A DNA stretch of 64,000 nucleotides. It comes from Myxococcales bacterium. GTDB taxonomy: Bacteria; Myxococcota_A; UBA9042; JABWCM01; BTVJ01. Where the stretch lies: positions 1 to 64,000 of the forward strand of contig BTVJ01000040.1 in NCBI GenBank assembly GCA_045863395.1, given 5' to 3'. The notes beneath the pieces are model-generated. The model was not told where the DNA came from. It searched no databases and saw only the letters and a list, made by a program, of their open reading frames with translations. The position numbers and the translations under genes are program-made. Numbering within the stretch: the stretch's first letter is position 1; every line of letters begins with the position of its first letter. Shown here one piece after another: positions 1 to 9,660 of this stretch.

Positions 1-2
1 CG

Positions 3-485
3 GAGGCCGCCGCGGCGAAGAAGGTGGCAGAGGAGGCCGCGGCCGCGAAGGCCGCAGAGGCCGCCGCAGCCAAGGCCGCAGAGGCCGCTGCCGCGAAGAA
101 GGCGGCAGAGGAGGCCGCCGCGAAGAAGGCCGCACAGGGCACCTCAGAGAAGGGCGTCGTCGATGAGGTGGCGGCCAAGAAGGCCGCAGAGGCTGCCGCC
201 GCGAAGAAGGCCGCCGCGGCCGAGGCGAAGCGGCTGGCGGCCGAGGAGGCCGCCGCGAAGAAGGCTGCGGAGGCCGCAAAGAAGGCAGCAGAGGGCTCCA
301 CAAAGGCAGGAAGCGCGGAAGCCGCAAAGAACCCCGAGGAGGAGTCCGCGAAGCTCGTCAAGCTTGGCATTGGCGCCATGAAGTCGGGCAACAACCCCCT
401 CGCCCTCAAGTACTTCAACAAGGCCAAGACCTTGAATCCCGCCAACGCCATGATTCAGAAGTACATCGAGAAGGCCTCACAGTAG
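3..485 (+). CDS. C-terminal part of an Ala/Lys/Glu-rich repetitive (TolA-like helical) protein ending in a TPR-like helix pair; 5' end probably outside the window
   Basis: Frame is open from the window edge; repeated EEAAAKKAA units; C-terminus LVKLGIGAMKSGNNPLALKYFNKAKTLNPAN is TPR-like. Confidence 0.7.
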   Translation, partial: EAAAAKKVAEEAAAAKAAEAAAAKAAEAAAAKKAAEEAAAKKAAQGTSEKGVVDEVAAKKAAEAAAAKKAAAAEAKRLAAEEAAAKKAAEAAKKAAEGSTKAGSAEAAKNPEEESAKLVKLGIGAMKSGNNPLALKYFNKAKTLNPANAMIQKYIEKASQ

Positions 486-542
486 AGGAGTGCCCCCAGG
501 GCGCCCTGGCAGCCCTCCCCTTTCCGCGCTCGAGGCCCGACG

Positions 543-2294
543 TTGGCCCATCAGCGGCGAAACCTGATCCTCGACGAGCGGCGTCACGCGCAAGCCACCG
601 CAGGGCTCGCGCTGGCGAACCTCGTCCTGGCTCTTCGCCTCGAGTACTTCGGGCTGTGGAGCGCTCCGGCGGAGCTTGCACTCATCTACCTCACGGGGCT
701 CGGTGCCACGGCGGCGTCCCTGACGTTCCACCTGATCCGGCTGCGGCGGGTGCTCGACCGGCGCGGCTACCTGCGGTCCATCGCAGCGGACCTCGTCTTG
801 CTCGTGCCGGTCGCCGTCGCGGCCTTCAGCGCCGAGGCCTTCGTCGTCGCCGTGCTCGCGCGCATGACCGTGGTGCTCTCGCGCCTGATCGCCGAGACGC
901 ACGTCGGCCAGCGCCTGATCGCCCAGCTCTACCTGAGGCCGGCGCGGCTCCTGGTCATCAGCTTCGCCGTGGTCATCGTGGGGGGCACGGTGCTGCTCAC
1001 CTTCCCGCGTGCGACCACCGACGGGCGTGGGGCGGGGGCCGTGGACGCGCTGTTCACGTCCACCAGCGCGACCTGCGTGACCGGTCTCGCCGTCCTCAAC
1101 ACGGTCTCTGATGAGCTCGCCAACCCGGAGCTGCAGAGCTTCAGCTCCTTCGGGCACCTCGTCATCCTCGTGCTGATCCAGGTCGGGGGCCTGGGCATCA
1201 TGACCTTGTCCGGGTCCATCCTGCTCCTGGTGGGGCGCCGCCTCACACTCCGAAGCCAGGGGGTGCTCCAGAACATCCTCGACGAGGCGTCGGGCCTGGG
1301 GATGATCCACACGATCCGAGCCATCGTGCTCATGACGGTCATCGTCGAGGGGGCTGGGGCGCTGGCCCTCTTCCTGCTGCTCGGCGACGAGGTGCCAGAC
1401 CCCGGCCAGCGCGCGTGGGCCTCCGTGTTCCACTCGGTCAGCGCCTTCTGCAACGCCGGCTTCGCGCTCTGGGGCGACAGCCTCACGCGCTTCCGAGCCG
1501 ATCCGGGCGTCAACCTCGTCATGTCGCTGCTGATCATCATGGGGGGCTTGGGCTTCACGGTGGTCGGGGCGGTGTTCACGCGCGACCTGCTCCGTCGCGG
1601 CGGCGTGCGGCGCATGATGGGCAGCCTCCCTGTCCATGCGCGCGTCGTCCTCCACACCACCGTGCTGCTCCTGATCGCGGGCATGGTCGGGTGGTACTAC
1701 CTGGAGTATGACCGCAGCCTGGCGGGTATGGGCGTGCCCGAGAAGCTCCTCGCGAGCTGGTTCCAGTCCGTTTCGCTCCGCACGGCGGGCTTCAACACGG
1801 TGGACTTCGGTGCCATCGGGCCCGTGACCATCCTCCTGTCGGTCGTGCTGATGATCATCGGCGGCTCCCCCGGGGGGACGGCCGGGGGCGTGAAGACCTC
1901 CACGGTGGCGCTGCTCGTGCTGTCCGTGAGGTCCATGGTGCGCGGCGACGAGGACGTGGACATCCACGGACGCACCGTGCCGCGCTCGCTGCTCTCCAAG
2001 GCGGTGACCATCGTCGTCATCGCGTTCTGCACCTTCGTCGTGGTGCTCGCGCTGCTGCTCGCCACGCAGCCGCACCTCCCCTTCGACGCGATCCTGTTCG
2101 AGACGGCGAGCGCGCTCGGGACCGTGGGGCTCTCCATGGGGGTCACACCGGAGCTCACGCCGAGTGGCAAGATCCTGGTATCATTGCTCATGTTCGTCGG
2201 GCGCCTCGGCCCGCTCACGTTGGCGCTCGCGGTGGGCGAGGGCGCCACCAGGCGCCGCGTCCGCTTCCCCGAGGCCCGCATCGCGGTGGGATGA
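543..2294 (+). CDS. ktrB: TrkH/KtrB family K+ uptake permease with an N-terminal membrane extension
   Basis: Pore motifs TSATCVTGL, SVSAFCNAGF, SLRTAGFNT, SALGTVGLSMG; also GGSPGGTAGGVKT and MFVGRLGPLT. Confidence 0.92.
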   Translation: MAHQRRNLILDERRHAQATAGLALANLVLALRLEYFGLWSAPAELALIYLTGLGATAASLTFHLIRLRRVLDRRGYLRSIAADLVLLVPVAVAAFSAEAFVVAVLARMTVVLSRLIAETHVGQRLIAQLYLRPARLLVISFAVVIVGGTVLLTFPRATTDGRGAGAVDALFTSTSATCVTGLAVLNTVSDELANPELQSFSSFGHLVILVLIQVGGLGIMTLSGSILLLVGRRLTLRSQGVLQNILDEASGLGMIHTIRAIVLMTVIVEGAGALALFLLLGDEVPDPGQRAWASVFHSVSAFCNAGFALWGDSLTRFRADPGVNLVMSLLIIMGGLGFTVVGAVFTRDLLRRGGVRRMMGSLPVHARVVLHTTVLLLIAGMVGWYYLEYDRSLAGMGVPEKLLASWFQSVSLRTAGFNTVDFGAIGPVTILLSVVLMIIGGSPGGTAGGVKTSTVALLVLSVRSMVRGDEDVDIHGRTVPRSLLSKAVTIVVIAFCTFVVVLALLLATQPHLPFDAILFETASALGTVGLSMGVTPELTPSGKILVSLLMFVGRLGPLTLALAVGEGATRRRVRFPEARIAVG

Positions 2295-2987
2295 ATGAAG
2301 AAGTTTGCAGTCATCGGCCTCGGCCAGTTCGGCTATCAGCTCGCGGTCAGCCTCGGGGCACTCGGCTCCGAGGTGCTCGCCATGGACCGGGACGTGGACA
2401 CGGTGGAGCGCATCAAGGATGCGGTGGGTCACGCGGTCTCCCTGGACGCCACGGACGAGCTCGCGCTGCGCTCCACCGGCGTCGCGGAGGTCGACACGGC
2501 GGTGGTCACCATCGGGCAGCACGTGGAGGTGTCGGTGATCATCACCGCGCTCCTGAAGAACCTGGGGGTCCCGCGGATCATCTCCCGCGCATCCACCCCC
2601 CTGCATCGCCAGATCCTGGGCCTCATCGGTGCCCACGAGGTGGTCAACCCGGAGGCGGACATGGCCGTTCGCCTCGCGGAGACCCTGTACGCGCCCAATG
2701 TGTCCCAGCGCATGACGCTGCCCACGGGCCACACCTACGTGGAGGTCGAGGCGAGCCCCGAGCTGTGGGACAAGACCTTGATGCAGCTCGAGTTCCGCCA
2801 GCGCTTCGAGCTCCAGGTCATCGGCCTGAAGCGCCGGGTGCCCGCCGTGGACGACGCGGGCAACAGCGTGTTCCGCACCGTGGTCAATCATCTGCCCGCC
2901 GGGAGCGACGTCATCGAGCGGGGCGACGTGATCGCGCTCATAGGAAGTGAGCGGCGCATCCGTGAGTACATCCAGGGGGGCGCATGA
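2295..2987 (+). CDS. ktrA: TrkA/KtrA RCK regulatory subunit
   Basis: MKKFAVIGLGQFG Rossmann motif, VVNPEADMAVRLA, C-terminal RCK_C; starts immediately after the ktrB stop. Confidence 0.93.
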   Translation: MKKFAVIGLGQFGYQLAVSLGALGSEVLAMDRDVDTVERIKDAVGHAVSLDATDELALRSTGVAEVDTAVVTIGQHVEVSVIITALLKNLGVPRIISRASTPLHRQILGLIGAHEVVNPEADMAVRLAETLYAPNVSQRMTLPTGHTYVEVEASPELWDKTLMQLEFRQRFELQVIGLKRRVPAVDDAGNSVFRTVVNHLPAGSDVIERGDVIALIGSERRIREYIQGGA

Positions 2988-4231
2988 TCCGGGCCTCCGA
3001 GCTCCTGGCGGACCGCGGCGGCAACGACAAGCGCCTCACGCTCAGCAAGCGCATCCGGTGGGCGCTTGCGGGGGTCGCGCTCTTCGTGGTCCCTACGGCG
3101 TCGCTCACCGTGTGGGCGCTGGCGCGTGTCCACACGGGCTCGCAGGCGCAGGCCCGCGAGCTGGCGCTGGTGGTGGAGCTGGAGGACGCCTGGGGACGTG
3201 CGGCACAGGAGCTGGAGGACGACGGCGTTGCGGCCGTGGACACACTGATTGAACGAATCGATCTCCTCGCCCAAGGGCACGCCCTGCACGAGGAGGCCCT
3301 CGGCGCGGCGAGGATCGCGGCCGTGGCGGTGGGCGAGGCGCTGGCGCTCCGGCGGCCCGTCACGGCGTCGCCCCCAGCCGAGGGGTCACTGCTGGGGCTC
3401 TTCGTCGCGCAGGCAGAGTCCGTCGGCGCGGAGCTGGCGGCGCTCCCCGTCCGCGGCCTCATCCGCAAGCGCGTCGGGGCGCTTGCCTCTGCGATCTCGG
3501 CGGTTCGCGCGGAGGCCGCCGCATCGTCCGTGGCGGCGGCCACGGACCTCGGCGGCGCGGTCGATGCCGCAAACCGCTACCTCGTGACCCTCTCTCTCGC
3601 CATGCTGGTCTACCTGACCTACCTGTTCATCCTCCTACCCTCTCGCCTGCTGGCGTCGTTCGCGCGGGTACGAGCGACCCTCCGCCAGGCGCGGACGGGG
3701 GATCTGACCCTGCGCGCGCCCACCGAGGGCGACGACGACGCGGCCGTGCTCGCCCGAGACTTCAACGAGATGATGGAGGTCATCGAGCGCTTCGACCACC
3801 GCAAGCGGCAGCGCATCTTCCAGGACTCTCAGGTGGTGCGACGGCTTGGCGAGCGGGTAGGGGCCCCGTGGGCGCTCCTCGGCTTGGACGGCCTCATCGA
3901 CACGGCGAATGGGCGATTCTGGGGGCTCTTCGGGCAGGATGTCCCGCCGTCCGGTGAGAGACCGCATGTGAGCGACGTCATGGGTGGCGGTTCGCGCGAT
4001 TTCTCCGATCTGCTCGCTCAGTCGCTGGGTGAGCGTCGCGCCGTTGTCGCTCACCCCGTCGTCGTCGAGGCGCTGGACGGCACCACGCAGCGCTTTGCCC
4101 TGACCGCAGAGGCCGTGCGAGGCACCGACGCCCGCCTGACCCACCTGCTCGTCGTCCTGGATCCGCTGGCGCCGGACGCGTTGTCCACAGGGCGTCCACA
4201 GGGCGCGGTGTCCCCTCCTGGAACGGAGTAG
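2984..4231 (+). CDS. Membrane protein with 2 TM, HAMP and PAS-like domains and no recognisable kinase or output domain
   Basis: Two hydrophobic segments; HAMP-like GDLTLRAPTEGDDDAAVLARDFNEM; PAS-like LLGLDGLIDTANGRF; ATGA overlap with ktrA. Confidence 0.65.
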   Translation: MIRASELLADRGGNDKRLTLSKRIRWALAGVALFVVPTASLTVWALARVHTGSQAQARELALVVELEDAWGRAAQELEDDGVAAVDTLIERIDLLAQGHALHEEALGAARIAAVAVGEALALRRPVTASPPAEGSLLGLFVAQAESVGAELAALPVRGLIRKRVGALASAISAVRAEAAASSVAAATDLGGAVDAANRYLVTLSLAMLVYLTYLFILLPSRLLASFARVRATLRQARTGDLTLRAPTEGDDDAAVLARDFNEMMEVIERFDHRKRQRIFQDSQVVRRLGERVGAPWALLGLDGLIDTANGRFWGLFGQDVPPSGERPHVSDVMGGGSRDFSDLLAQSLGERRAVVAHPVVVEALDGTTQRFALTAEAVRGTDARLTHLLVVLDPLAPDALSTGRPQGAVSPPGTE

Positions 4232-4355
4232 TTCAGTGCTGACAGCGGGTTGCGACCCAGTTGCCCTGTGGGAGGCGGGGGCTGCCGGGAGGTGTGTGTG
4301 GAAAGGTCTGGGGGGTGCTGGGGCGGCGCCATCCTAGGTGGCCCGACCCACCATG

Positions 4356-5096
4356 TCAACCAGGAATCTTCGCGTGCGCGAAACCGCTGATCGCCGCGCT
4401 CTGGAGCGCCAGGAGCTGCCTGATGCCGGCCTCGGCGGCGTCCAGCATCCCGTTCATGGCTCCGCGCCCGAAGGGGCGGCTCTCCGCCGTGCCCTGGACC
4501 TCGATGAGCTCGCCCGTGGCGGTCATCACCACGTTCATGTCCACCTCGGCGGAGGAGTCCTCGGCGTAGTCCAGGTCGAGGAGCACGCGGTCCTTGACCA
4601 CCCCGACGCTCACGGCCGCTACCTGCCCTACCAGCGGGCTCTTTGCGAGGGTGCCGCGGGACTGGAGGGTCGCAAGCGCCTGCGCCAGCGCTACCCACGC
4701 CCCCGTGACGGCGGCGGTGCGGGTTCCGCCGTCCGCCTGCACCACGTCGCAGTCGATGGTCAGCGTGCGGGCGCCGAGGGCGCGCATGTCGAGCGCCATG
4801 CGCAGCGAGCGCCCGATGAGGCGCTGGATCTCCAGGGTGCGCCCGCTCGGCAGCTTGCCGCCCCGCTCCCGGGCGGCGCGGGTTGTCGTGGAGCCCGGCA
4901 GCAGGGAGTACTCGGCGGTCAGCCAGCCCGTGCCCTTGCCCATGAGGAATGGCGGCACGCGCTCCTCCACGGACACGGCGCACAGGACGGTGGTCCGCCC
5001 GAAGGTCACCGTGGCGCTCCCCGCGGGGTGCAGCAGAGTGCCAGGGGTGATGGTCACGGGGCGCAGCGCCAGCTCGTCTCTTCCGTCAGCTCGCAT
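4356..5096 (-). CDS. rph: Ribonuclease PH
   Basis: MRADGR start, GTGWLTAEYSLLP, GRTLEIQRLIGRSLR, DCDVVQADGGTRTA, DLDYAEDSSAEVDMNVV, EVQGTAE. Confidence 0.97.
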   Translation of the reverse strand: MRADGRDELALRPVTITPGTLLHPAGSATVTFGRTTVLCAVSVEERVPPFLMGKGTGWLTAEYSLLPGSTTTRAARERGGKLPSGRTLEIQRLIGRSLRMALDMRALGARTLTIDCDVVQADGGTRTAAVTGAWVALAQALATLQSRGTLAKSPLVGQVAAVSVGVVKDRVLLDLDYAEDSSAEVDMNVVMTATGELIEVQGTAESRPFGRGAMNGMLDAAEAGIRQLLALQSAAISGFAHAKIPG

Positions 5097-6673
5097 CAGA
5101 AGTCCGCTCTCCCGAGGACGTAGGCCTCGTCGTTGGCGTCGAAGTGGCCCCCGCGGCTCCCGGAGGCGCCCTCGAACGCGCGGGCCCCCGCGCTGACGGC
5201 CCACCCGTCGGCGATGCGCCAGGTCACCTCCGGGACGACGATCCAGTCGTCCTGGGTGGCGCCGTATAGCACGGCGGCCTGGATCTGCAAAGCGTCGCCC
5301 TCCAGCAGGCGCAGCGCCAACACCGCGGCAACCTGCACGTCGTCGCGCCGCGTCAGGAAGAGGTCACGGTCCCCGACGTCGAGCAGGTGCTCCCAGGATG
5401 CCTCCAGCGTCACCACCAGCGTCGTCTCCCACGTGTAGTCGAGCCCCACGACGGCGCGCACCGACGGTGTCACGATGGACTCGAAGGCCGCGTCGTAGAC
5501 CACGCGCGCCGAGGAGAAGGCAGCCTCGGCCTTGATGGTGAGGTCCCACATGGGCGCGGCGAGGTCGAAGCCGACCAGGTGCGACCGCTCGTAGTGGCTC
5601 GCATAAAGATCCCCGAACGAGACCGCCCCCGACTGGAGCTGGCCGAAGAGCGCGAAGGCCTCCGCCAGCGCAGCCGGGTCGGGCTCAGGCTCGAGGAGCG
5701 CGGTCAGGGACGGCAGACGCGGGTCGATGCGGATCACCGGCGTCCGCTCCCACCCCCAGATGTAGCTCAGCGCCAAGTCCACTCCCCCGAGGGTGCTGGT
5801 CACCCGCGCCCCGATGGTGCTGTTGTCCAGGTGGTGGTGCTCCGGCCGGGACGGCGACAGCAGGATGGGCTGCACCTCGTCCACGATGGAGTCGTCGATG
5901 GCGCCGAGCGCGTTCATGGCGGCGCGGGAGGGGGCGAGGGGGCTCCCCTCGGGGTCGGGGCCGAGCAGGGAGAAGTCGTCGCCGAACACCGCCTGGCGAT
6001 CCGCCTCGAAGAAGGGCGCCCACACGAACCGGAGGCCCAGCTCCGGGCCCCCGCTGTGCGCCAGGGTCACCGCGAACAGGGGGATCTTGGGCGTCTCCAG
6101 GCTGGCGGTGATCGAGTCGCGGCGATCCACGGGGTTCAGGCGATCCACGGCGGAGAGCGCGTCCGCGGCGCCCCACGCGAAGACCTGGGTGCCGACCGTC
6201 ACGTCCAGGACGCCGGGGAACCGCCAGCGCAGCCACGTGTCGCGCAGGTCCGGCTCGAACGAGGTGCGCGCATCACCGGAGGACGTCGACCACACCCACC
6301 AGGTCATGCGGCCGGCGATCCGGACGTCGAAGCCGGCGCCCAGCTCGTGGGACAGGGCGAGGTCCAGGCGGTTGCGGAACCGCACCGCGTGCTCCCAAGG
6401 CGTCTCGTTGCGGAGGTCGATGGTGAGCTCGCTGGTGAAGGTGCCGTCGAAGAGGGTGTCGAGCAGCTCCACGGTCGACTGGGCAGGCGGTTCGTCGTCG
6501 CCGAAGTCCAGGTGGATGGTGTCGCCGCCCTCGTCGGTCGGCGGCTCGTCTTCGAACAGGATCAGCGTGTCCGAGGTGGCAGGCGAAGGGGCAGGATCCC
6601 CGGCGCTCGCGGCCGCAGGGCTCAGGAGGAGCGCGCTGGCGAGACACGCGAGCCACTGGTGAGGGACGAGCAC
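5096..6673 (-). CDS. Outer-membrane beta-barrel-like protein (DUF1302-like)
   Basis: Signal peptide; TVGTQVFAWGAADALSAVDRLNPVD motif typical of this family; alternating beta-strands; ends in F; GTG start inferred. Confidence 0.6.
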   Translation of the reverse strand: MLVPHQWLACLASALLLSPAAASAGDPAPSPATSDTLILFEDEPPTDEGGDTIHLDFGDDEPPAQSTVELLDTLFDGTFTSELTIDLRNETPWEHAVRFRNRLDLALSHELGAGFDVRIAGRMTWWVWSTSSGDARTSFEPDLRDTWLRWRFPGVLDVTVGTQVFAWGAADALSAVDRLNPVDRRDSITASLETPKIPLFAVTLAHSGGPELGLRFVWAPFFEADRQAVFGDDFSLLGPDPEGSPLAPSRAAMNALGAIDDSIVDEVQPILLSPSRPEHHHLDNSTIGARVTSTLGGVDLALSYIWGWERTPVIRIDPRLPSLTALLEPEPDPAALAEAFALFGQLQSGAVSFGDLYASHYERSHLVGFDLAAPMWDLTIKAEAAFSSARVVYDAAFESIVTPSVRAVVGLDYTWETTLVVTLEASWEHLLDVGDRDLFLTRRDDVQVAAVLALRLLEGDALQIQAAVLYGATQDDWIVVPEVTWRIADGWAVSAGARAFEGASGSRGGHFDANDEAYVLGRADF

Positions 6674-6674
6674 C

Positions 6675-7439
6675 CTAGCGCCCGAGCGCGTTCTTGTCGA
6701 AGTCCGCATCCGAAAAGCGGGCGTCCAGGTCGATGGACTCCACGTCCAGCACCGTCTCCGACCCGGACGCGGAGCGCATGTGCAGCTTGGTGACCAGGTG
6801 GCGGTCCCCCTTCTTCTCGATGCGCTTCGAGAGCATGGTCTTCTGGAGCCTTCCGCTTCGGTCGAAGAAGTCGATGCGCAGCGGAAGCCACAGCTCCTTG
6901 TGGACCCAAAGCTCCAGCTTTCCGTACTCGCCGTCCGCGTCCGATGGCGTGACCTCCACGCGGTAGGCCGGCTGGCCCCCCGCGTCCGCGTCGGCGAGGC
7001 GGCGCTTGGCTCCGCCCTTGGCGTCGCGGCTCTCCATGTCCGCGTAGGTGAAGTCCGAGTCCATGAAGCTCGTGTTCTTCTGGTTCCCGGCGATGCGGCG
7101 CGTCTTGCGAAGGCCGGGGAGGTAGAGGTACTGGAGGTCGCGCTCGTCCCCCGGCTGCTCGATCATGAGCAGCGTCGTTCCGCGCACGTCCGCGGGCTCC
7201 AGGAACTCCACGCGGGAGCGCCGGAGCCCCGCCTTCTCGTCGCTCCGGGACGACAGGACGCGCTCCCGGACACTCCCCTTGGCGCTCTTGATGGTCATGC
7301 GGACGCGGGCCTGACCGCTGTCGAAGCCCATGTTGTTGCTGTCGAGCATCCGCGTGACGATGTCCTCCGCGGAGGGGCCCTCCTGGGCAGCGGCGGCCAG
7401 CGGGAGCAGCAGGACGAGGGCGACGAAGAGGCGGCTCAT
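6675..7439 (-). CDS. Outer-membrane lipoprotein-sorting (LolA-like) periplasmic protein
   Basis: Signal peptide; FLEPADVRGTTLL, QYLYLPGLRKTRRIA, SFMDSDFTYADM motifs. Confidence 0.85.
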   Translation of the reverse strand: MSRLFVALVLLLPLAAAAQEGPSAEDIVTRMLDSNNMGFDSGQARVRMTIKSAKGSVRERVLSSRSDEKAGLRRSRVEFLEPADVRGTTLLMIEQPGDERDLQYLYLPGLRKTRRIAGNQKNTSFMDSDFTYADMESRDAKGGAKRRLADADAGGQPAYRVEVTPSDADGEYGKLELWVHKELWLPLRIDFFDRSGRLQKTMLSKRIEKKGDRHLVTKLHMRSASGSETVLDVESIDLDARFSDADFDKNALGR

Positions 7440-8878
7440 GGGGTCTCCTTGTGTGGTACGCGCGCGCCGGTCCGCGCGGCCTCCATGACGGTCTTCAGGG
7501 GCACGCCGTGGGCGCGGGCCAGCGCGAGGCAGTCCTCCAGCTCGGGCGCCTCGTTGAGCACCGCGTCCCCCTCGACACCCTGCTTGACCCGCACGGGCCC
7601 CCACGGGGTCTCCGCCACCACGCTGCGTCGCGCCAGCTTCGTGCGCTCCACCGCGTGGCTACGCACCCCGAGGGTCGTCGTCTCCCGGAGGATCCGCGCG
7701 ACGATGCGCGCCCGGGCATCCGGTGGCGCCAGCGCCGACAGCAGCACTCCCGGGCGCCCCTTCTTCATCTGGATGGGGCAGAGCCATGCGTCCAGCGCGC
7801 CATCCGCGAGGAGGGCCTCGCACAGGGGCCCGAACAGCTCCGGGCTCATGTCGTCGATGTTCGCCTCCACGACGACCTCTTGACCGCCAGGCGAATCGTC
7901 CCGGTGGCCGAGGACCAGGCGCAGCAGGTTCGGGCGGTCCGGCCAGCGGGCGTCTCCCAGCCCGTACCCCACGCGCTCCACGGTCATCGCGGGCACCTCG
8001 CCGAAGCGGTCGCACATCGCTCGCAGGAGCGCCGCCCCGGTGGGGGTGACCAGCTCCGCCTCCAAGGAGTCGCCGCGGACCGGGGCACCGCGCAGGATCT
8101 CGACCGTAGCGGGCGCCGGGAGGGGCAGGCGCCCGTGGGCGCACTCCACGAACCCGCGGCCGAGCGGTGGCGGGGCCGAGATCACCTCGTCGACGCCGAG
8201 GGCGTGGAGCGCTGCCGCCGTCCCGACGATGTCGATGATGGCGTCCAACGCGCCCACCTCGTGGAAGTGCACGTCGTCGGGTGCGACGCCATGGATCCGT
8301 CCCTCTGCATCCGCCAGGCGCCCGAAGGCGTCCAGGGCCAGCGCGAGCACCGGCGCCTCCAGGTCGCCAGCGCGCAGGATCCGGCGGATCTCGCCGACGG
8401 TCCGGCCATGGTGGGACTCTCCCGATGGCGCGTGGGCATGGCTGTGGTCATGCTCATGGTCGTGGCCGTGGCCGTGGCCGTGGCCGTGGCCGTGGCCGTG
8501 GCCGTGGTCGTGGTCGTGGTCGTGGTCGTGGCCGTGGTCGTGGTCGTGGGCGAGTCCCCCGCCGTGCCCCTCTCCGCGCACCAACCACGATGTATCACGG
8601 GGGCCACGAGCCGTCCCGGAGGGCAGAGCGCCCCCCTCCTCCCCGTGGTGGTGTGGTGTCCGCTCCTTCACTCCGCCCACGGTCACCTGGACGTCCACGC
8701 CGCTGATCCCGCTGATTGCACCGGGGCGCGCCTCCAGCACCCACCCGCTGACGGGCAGCGTCTCCAGGGCCGCGCGCACTCGCTCAAGGGGCACGCCCAG
8801 GTGAAGCAGCGCCCCGAGCATCATGTCACCGGCAACCCCGCTGAAGCAGTCCACATACAGGACGCGTCGCGTCGCCAT
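7436..8878 (-). CDS. larC: Nickel pincer cofactor Ni-insertase LarC (single ORF with a long His-rich insert)
   Basis: YVDCFSGVAGDMMLGAL, VHFHEVGALDAIIDIVG, ELVTPTGAALL, EANIDDM, QMKKGRPG, ETTTLGVR. Confidence 0.95.
   Translation of the reverse strand: MATRRVLYVDCFSGVAGDMMLGALLHLGVPLERVRAALETLPVSGWVLEARPGAISGISGVDVQVTVGGVKERTPHHHGEEGGALPSGTARGPRDTSWLVRGEGHGGGLAHDHDHGHDHDHDHDHGHGHGHGHGHGHGHDHEHDHSHAHAPSGESHHGRTVGEIRRILRAGDLEAPVLALALDAFGRLADAEGRIHGVAPDDVHFHEVGALDAIIDIVGTAAALHALGVDEVISAPPPLGRGFVECAHGRLPLPAPATVEILRGAPVRGDSLEAELVTPTGAALLRAMCDRFGEVPAMTVERVGYGLGDARWPDRPNLLRLVLGHRDDSPGGQEVVVEANIDDMSPELFGPLCEALLADGALDAWLCPIQMKKGRPGVLLSALAPPDARARIVARILRETTTLGVRSHAVERTKLARRSVVAETPWGPVRVKQGVEGDAVLNEAPELEDCLALARAHGVPLKTVMEAARTGARVPHKETP
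8461..8550. repeat. 15 tandem hexamers CGTGG(C/T/G) encoding the HD/HG poly-His tract of LarC
   Basis: Read directly: 7x cgtggc, 4x cgtggt, cgtggc, 2x cgtggt, cgtggg. Confidence 0.95.
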
Positions 8879-9660
8879 CAGTCCTCCGCTCCAGACGGGA
8901 TGTCCCGGCGCCGGTTCATCAAGGCGGCGGCGTACCCGGCCCCAAAGCCGTTGTCGATGTTGACCACCGTGACCCCCGCGGCGCACGCGTTGAGCATCGC
9001 GAGCAGCGCCGCCAGGCCGCCGAATGATGCACCGTACCCGGTGCTCGTCGGCACCGCGATCACCGGCCGGTCCACCAGCCCGGCGACCACCGACGGCAGC
9101 GCGGCGTCCATCCCTGCCACGACGACGACGATCTCCGCGGCCGCGATGCGGGCCTGGTGCCGCAGCAGCCGGTGGAGCCCGGCCACCCCCACGTCGGCGA
9201 TCAGCTCCGCCCGGTTGCCCATGAGCGTCGTCGTCAGCATCGCCTCCTCGGCGATGGGGAGGTCGGCCGTTCCCGCGCACAGGATCAGCACCGTCCCGCG
9301 CCCCGTGTCGCTCACCTCTTCCCGCCGGTAGACCACCATGCCCGACGTGGGGTGAACCTCTGGCTGCTCCGTGGGGAATGCCTCGTGAAGAGAGGCCGCC
9401 TGCTCGGGGGACGTGCGGGTCACCAGGACGTTGTGCCCGTGGGACAGCATGCGCCCGACGATCCCGATCAGGTGCTCCGTGGTCTTCCCCGGCGCAAAGA
9501 TCACCTCCGGGAAGCCGCACCGGAGGCGCCGGTGCGTGTCGATGTTGGCGAACCCCAGATCGTCCACCGGGAAGTGGCGGAGCGCGTGCATCGCGGCGTC
9601 CGTCGAGACCCCTCCGGACCGGTGATCCTCCAACAAGCCTCGCAGCCACCTCTCGTCCAT
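8878..9660 (-). CDS. larB: Nickel pincer cofactor biosynthesis carboxylase/hydrolase LarB
   Basis: FANIDTHRRLRCGFPEVIFAPGK, AGTADLPIAEEA, DVGVAGLHRL, VPTSTGYGASFGG, VVNIDNGFGAG. Confidence 0.95.
   Translation of the reverse strand: MDERWLRGLLEDHRSGGVSTDAAMHALRHFPVDDLGFANIDTHRRLRCGFPEVIFAPGKTTEHLIGIVGRMLSHGHNVLVTRTSPEQAASLHEAFPTEQPEVHPTSGMVVYRREEVSDTGRGTVLILCAGTADLPIAEEAMLTTTLMGNRAELIADVGVAGLHRLLRHQARIAAAEIVVVVAGMDAALPSVVAGLVDRPVIAVPTSTGYGASFGGLAALLAMLNACAAGVTVVNIDNGFGAGYAAALMNRRRDIPSGAED

Noticed and set aside
477..2075. Long antisense and alternate-frame ORFs (also 5387-6793, 29877-31580, 56658-58310 and others)
   Set aside because: Typical shadow ORFs of high-GC3 genes, Arg/Gly/Pro-rich with no motifs
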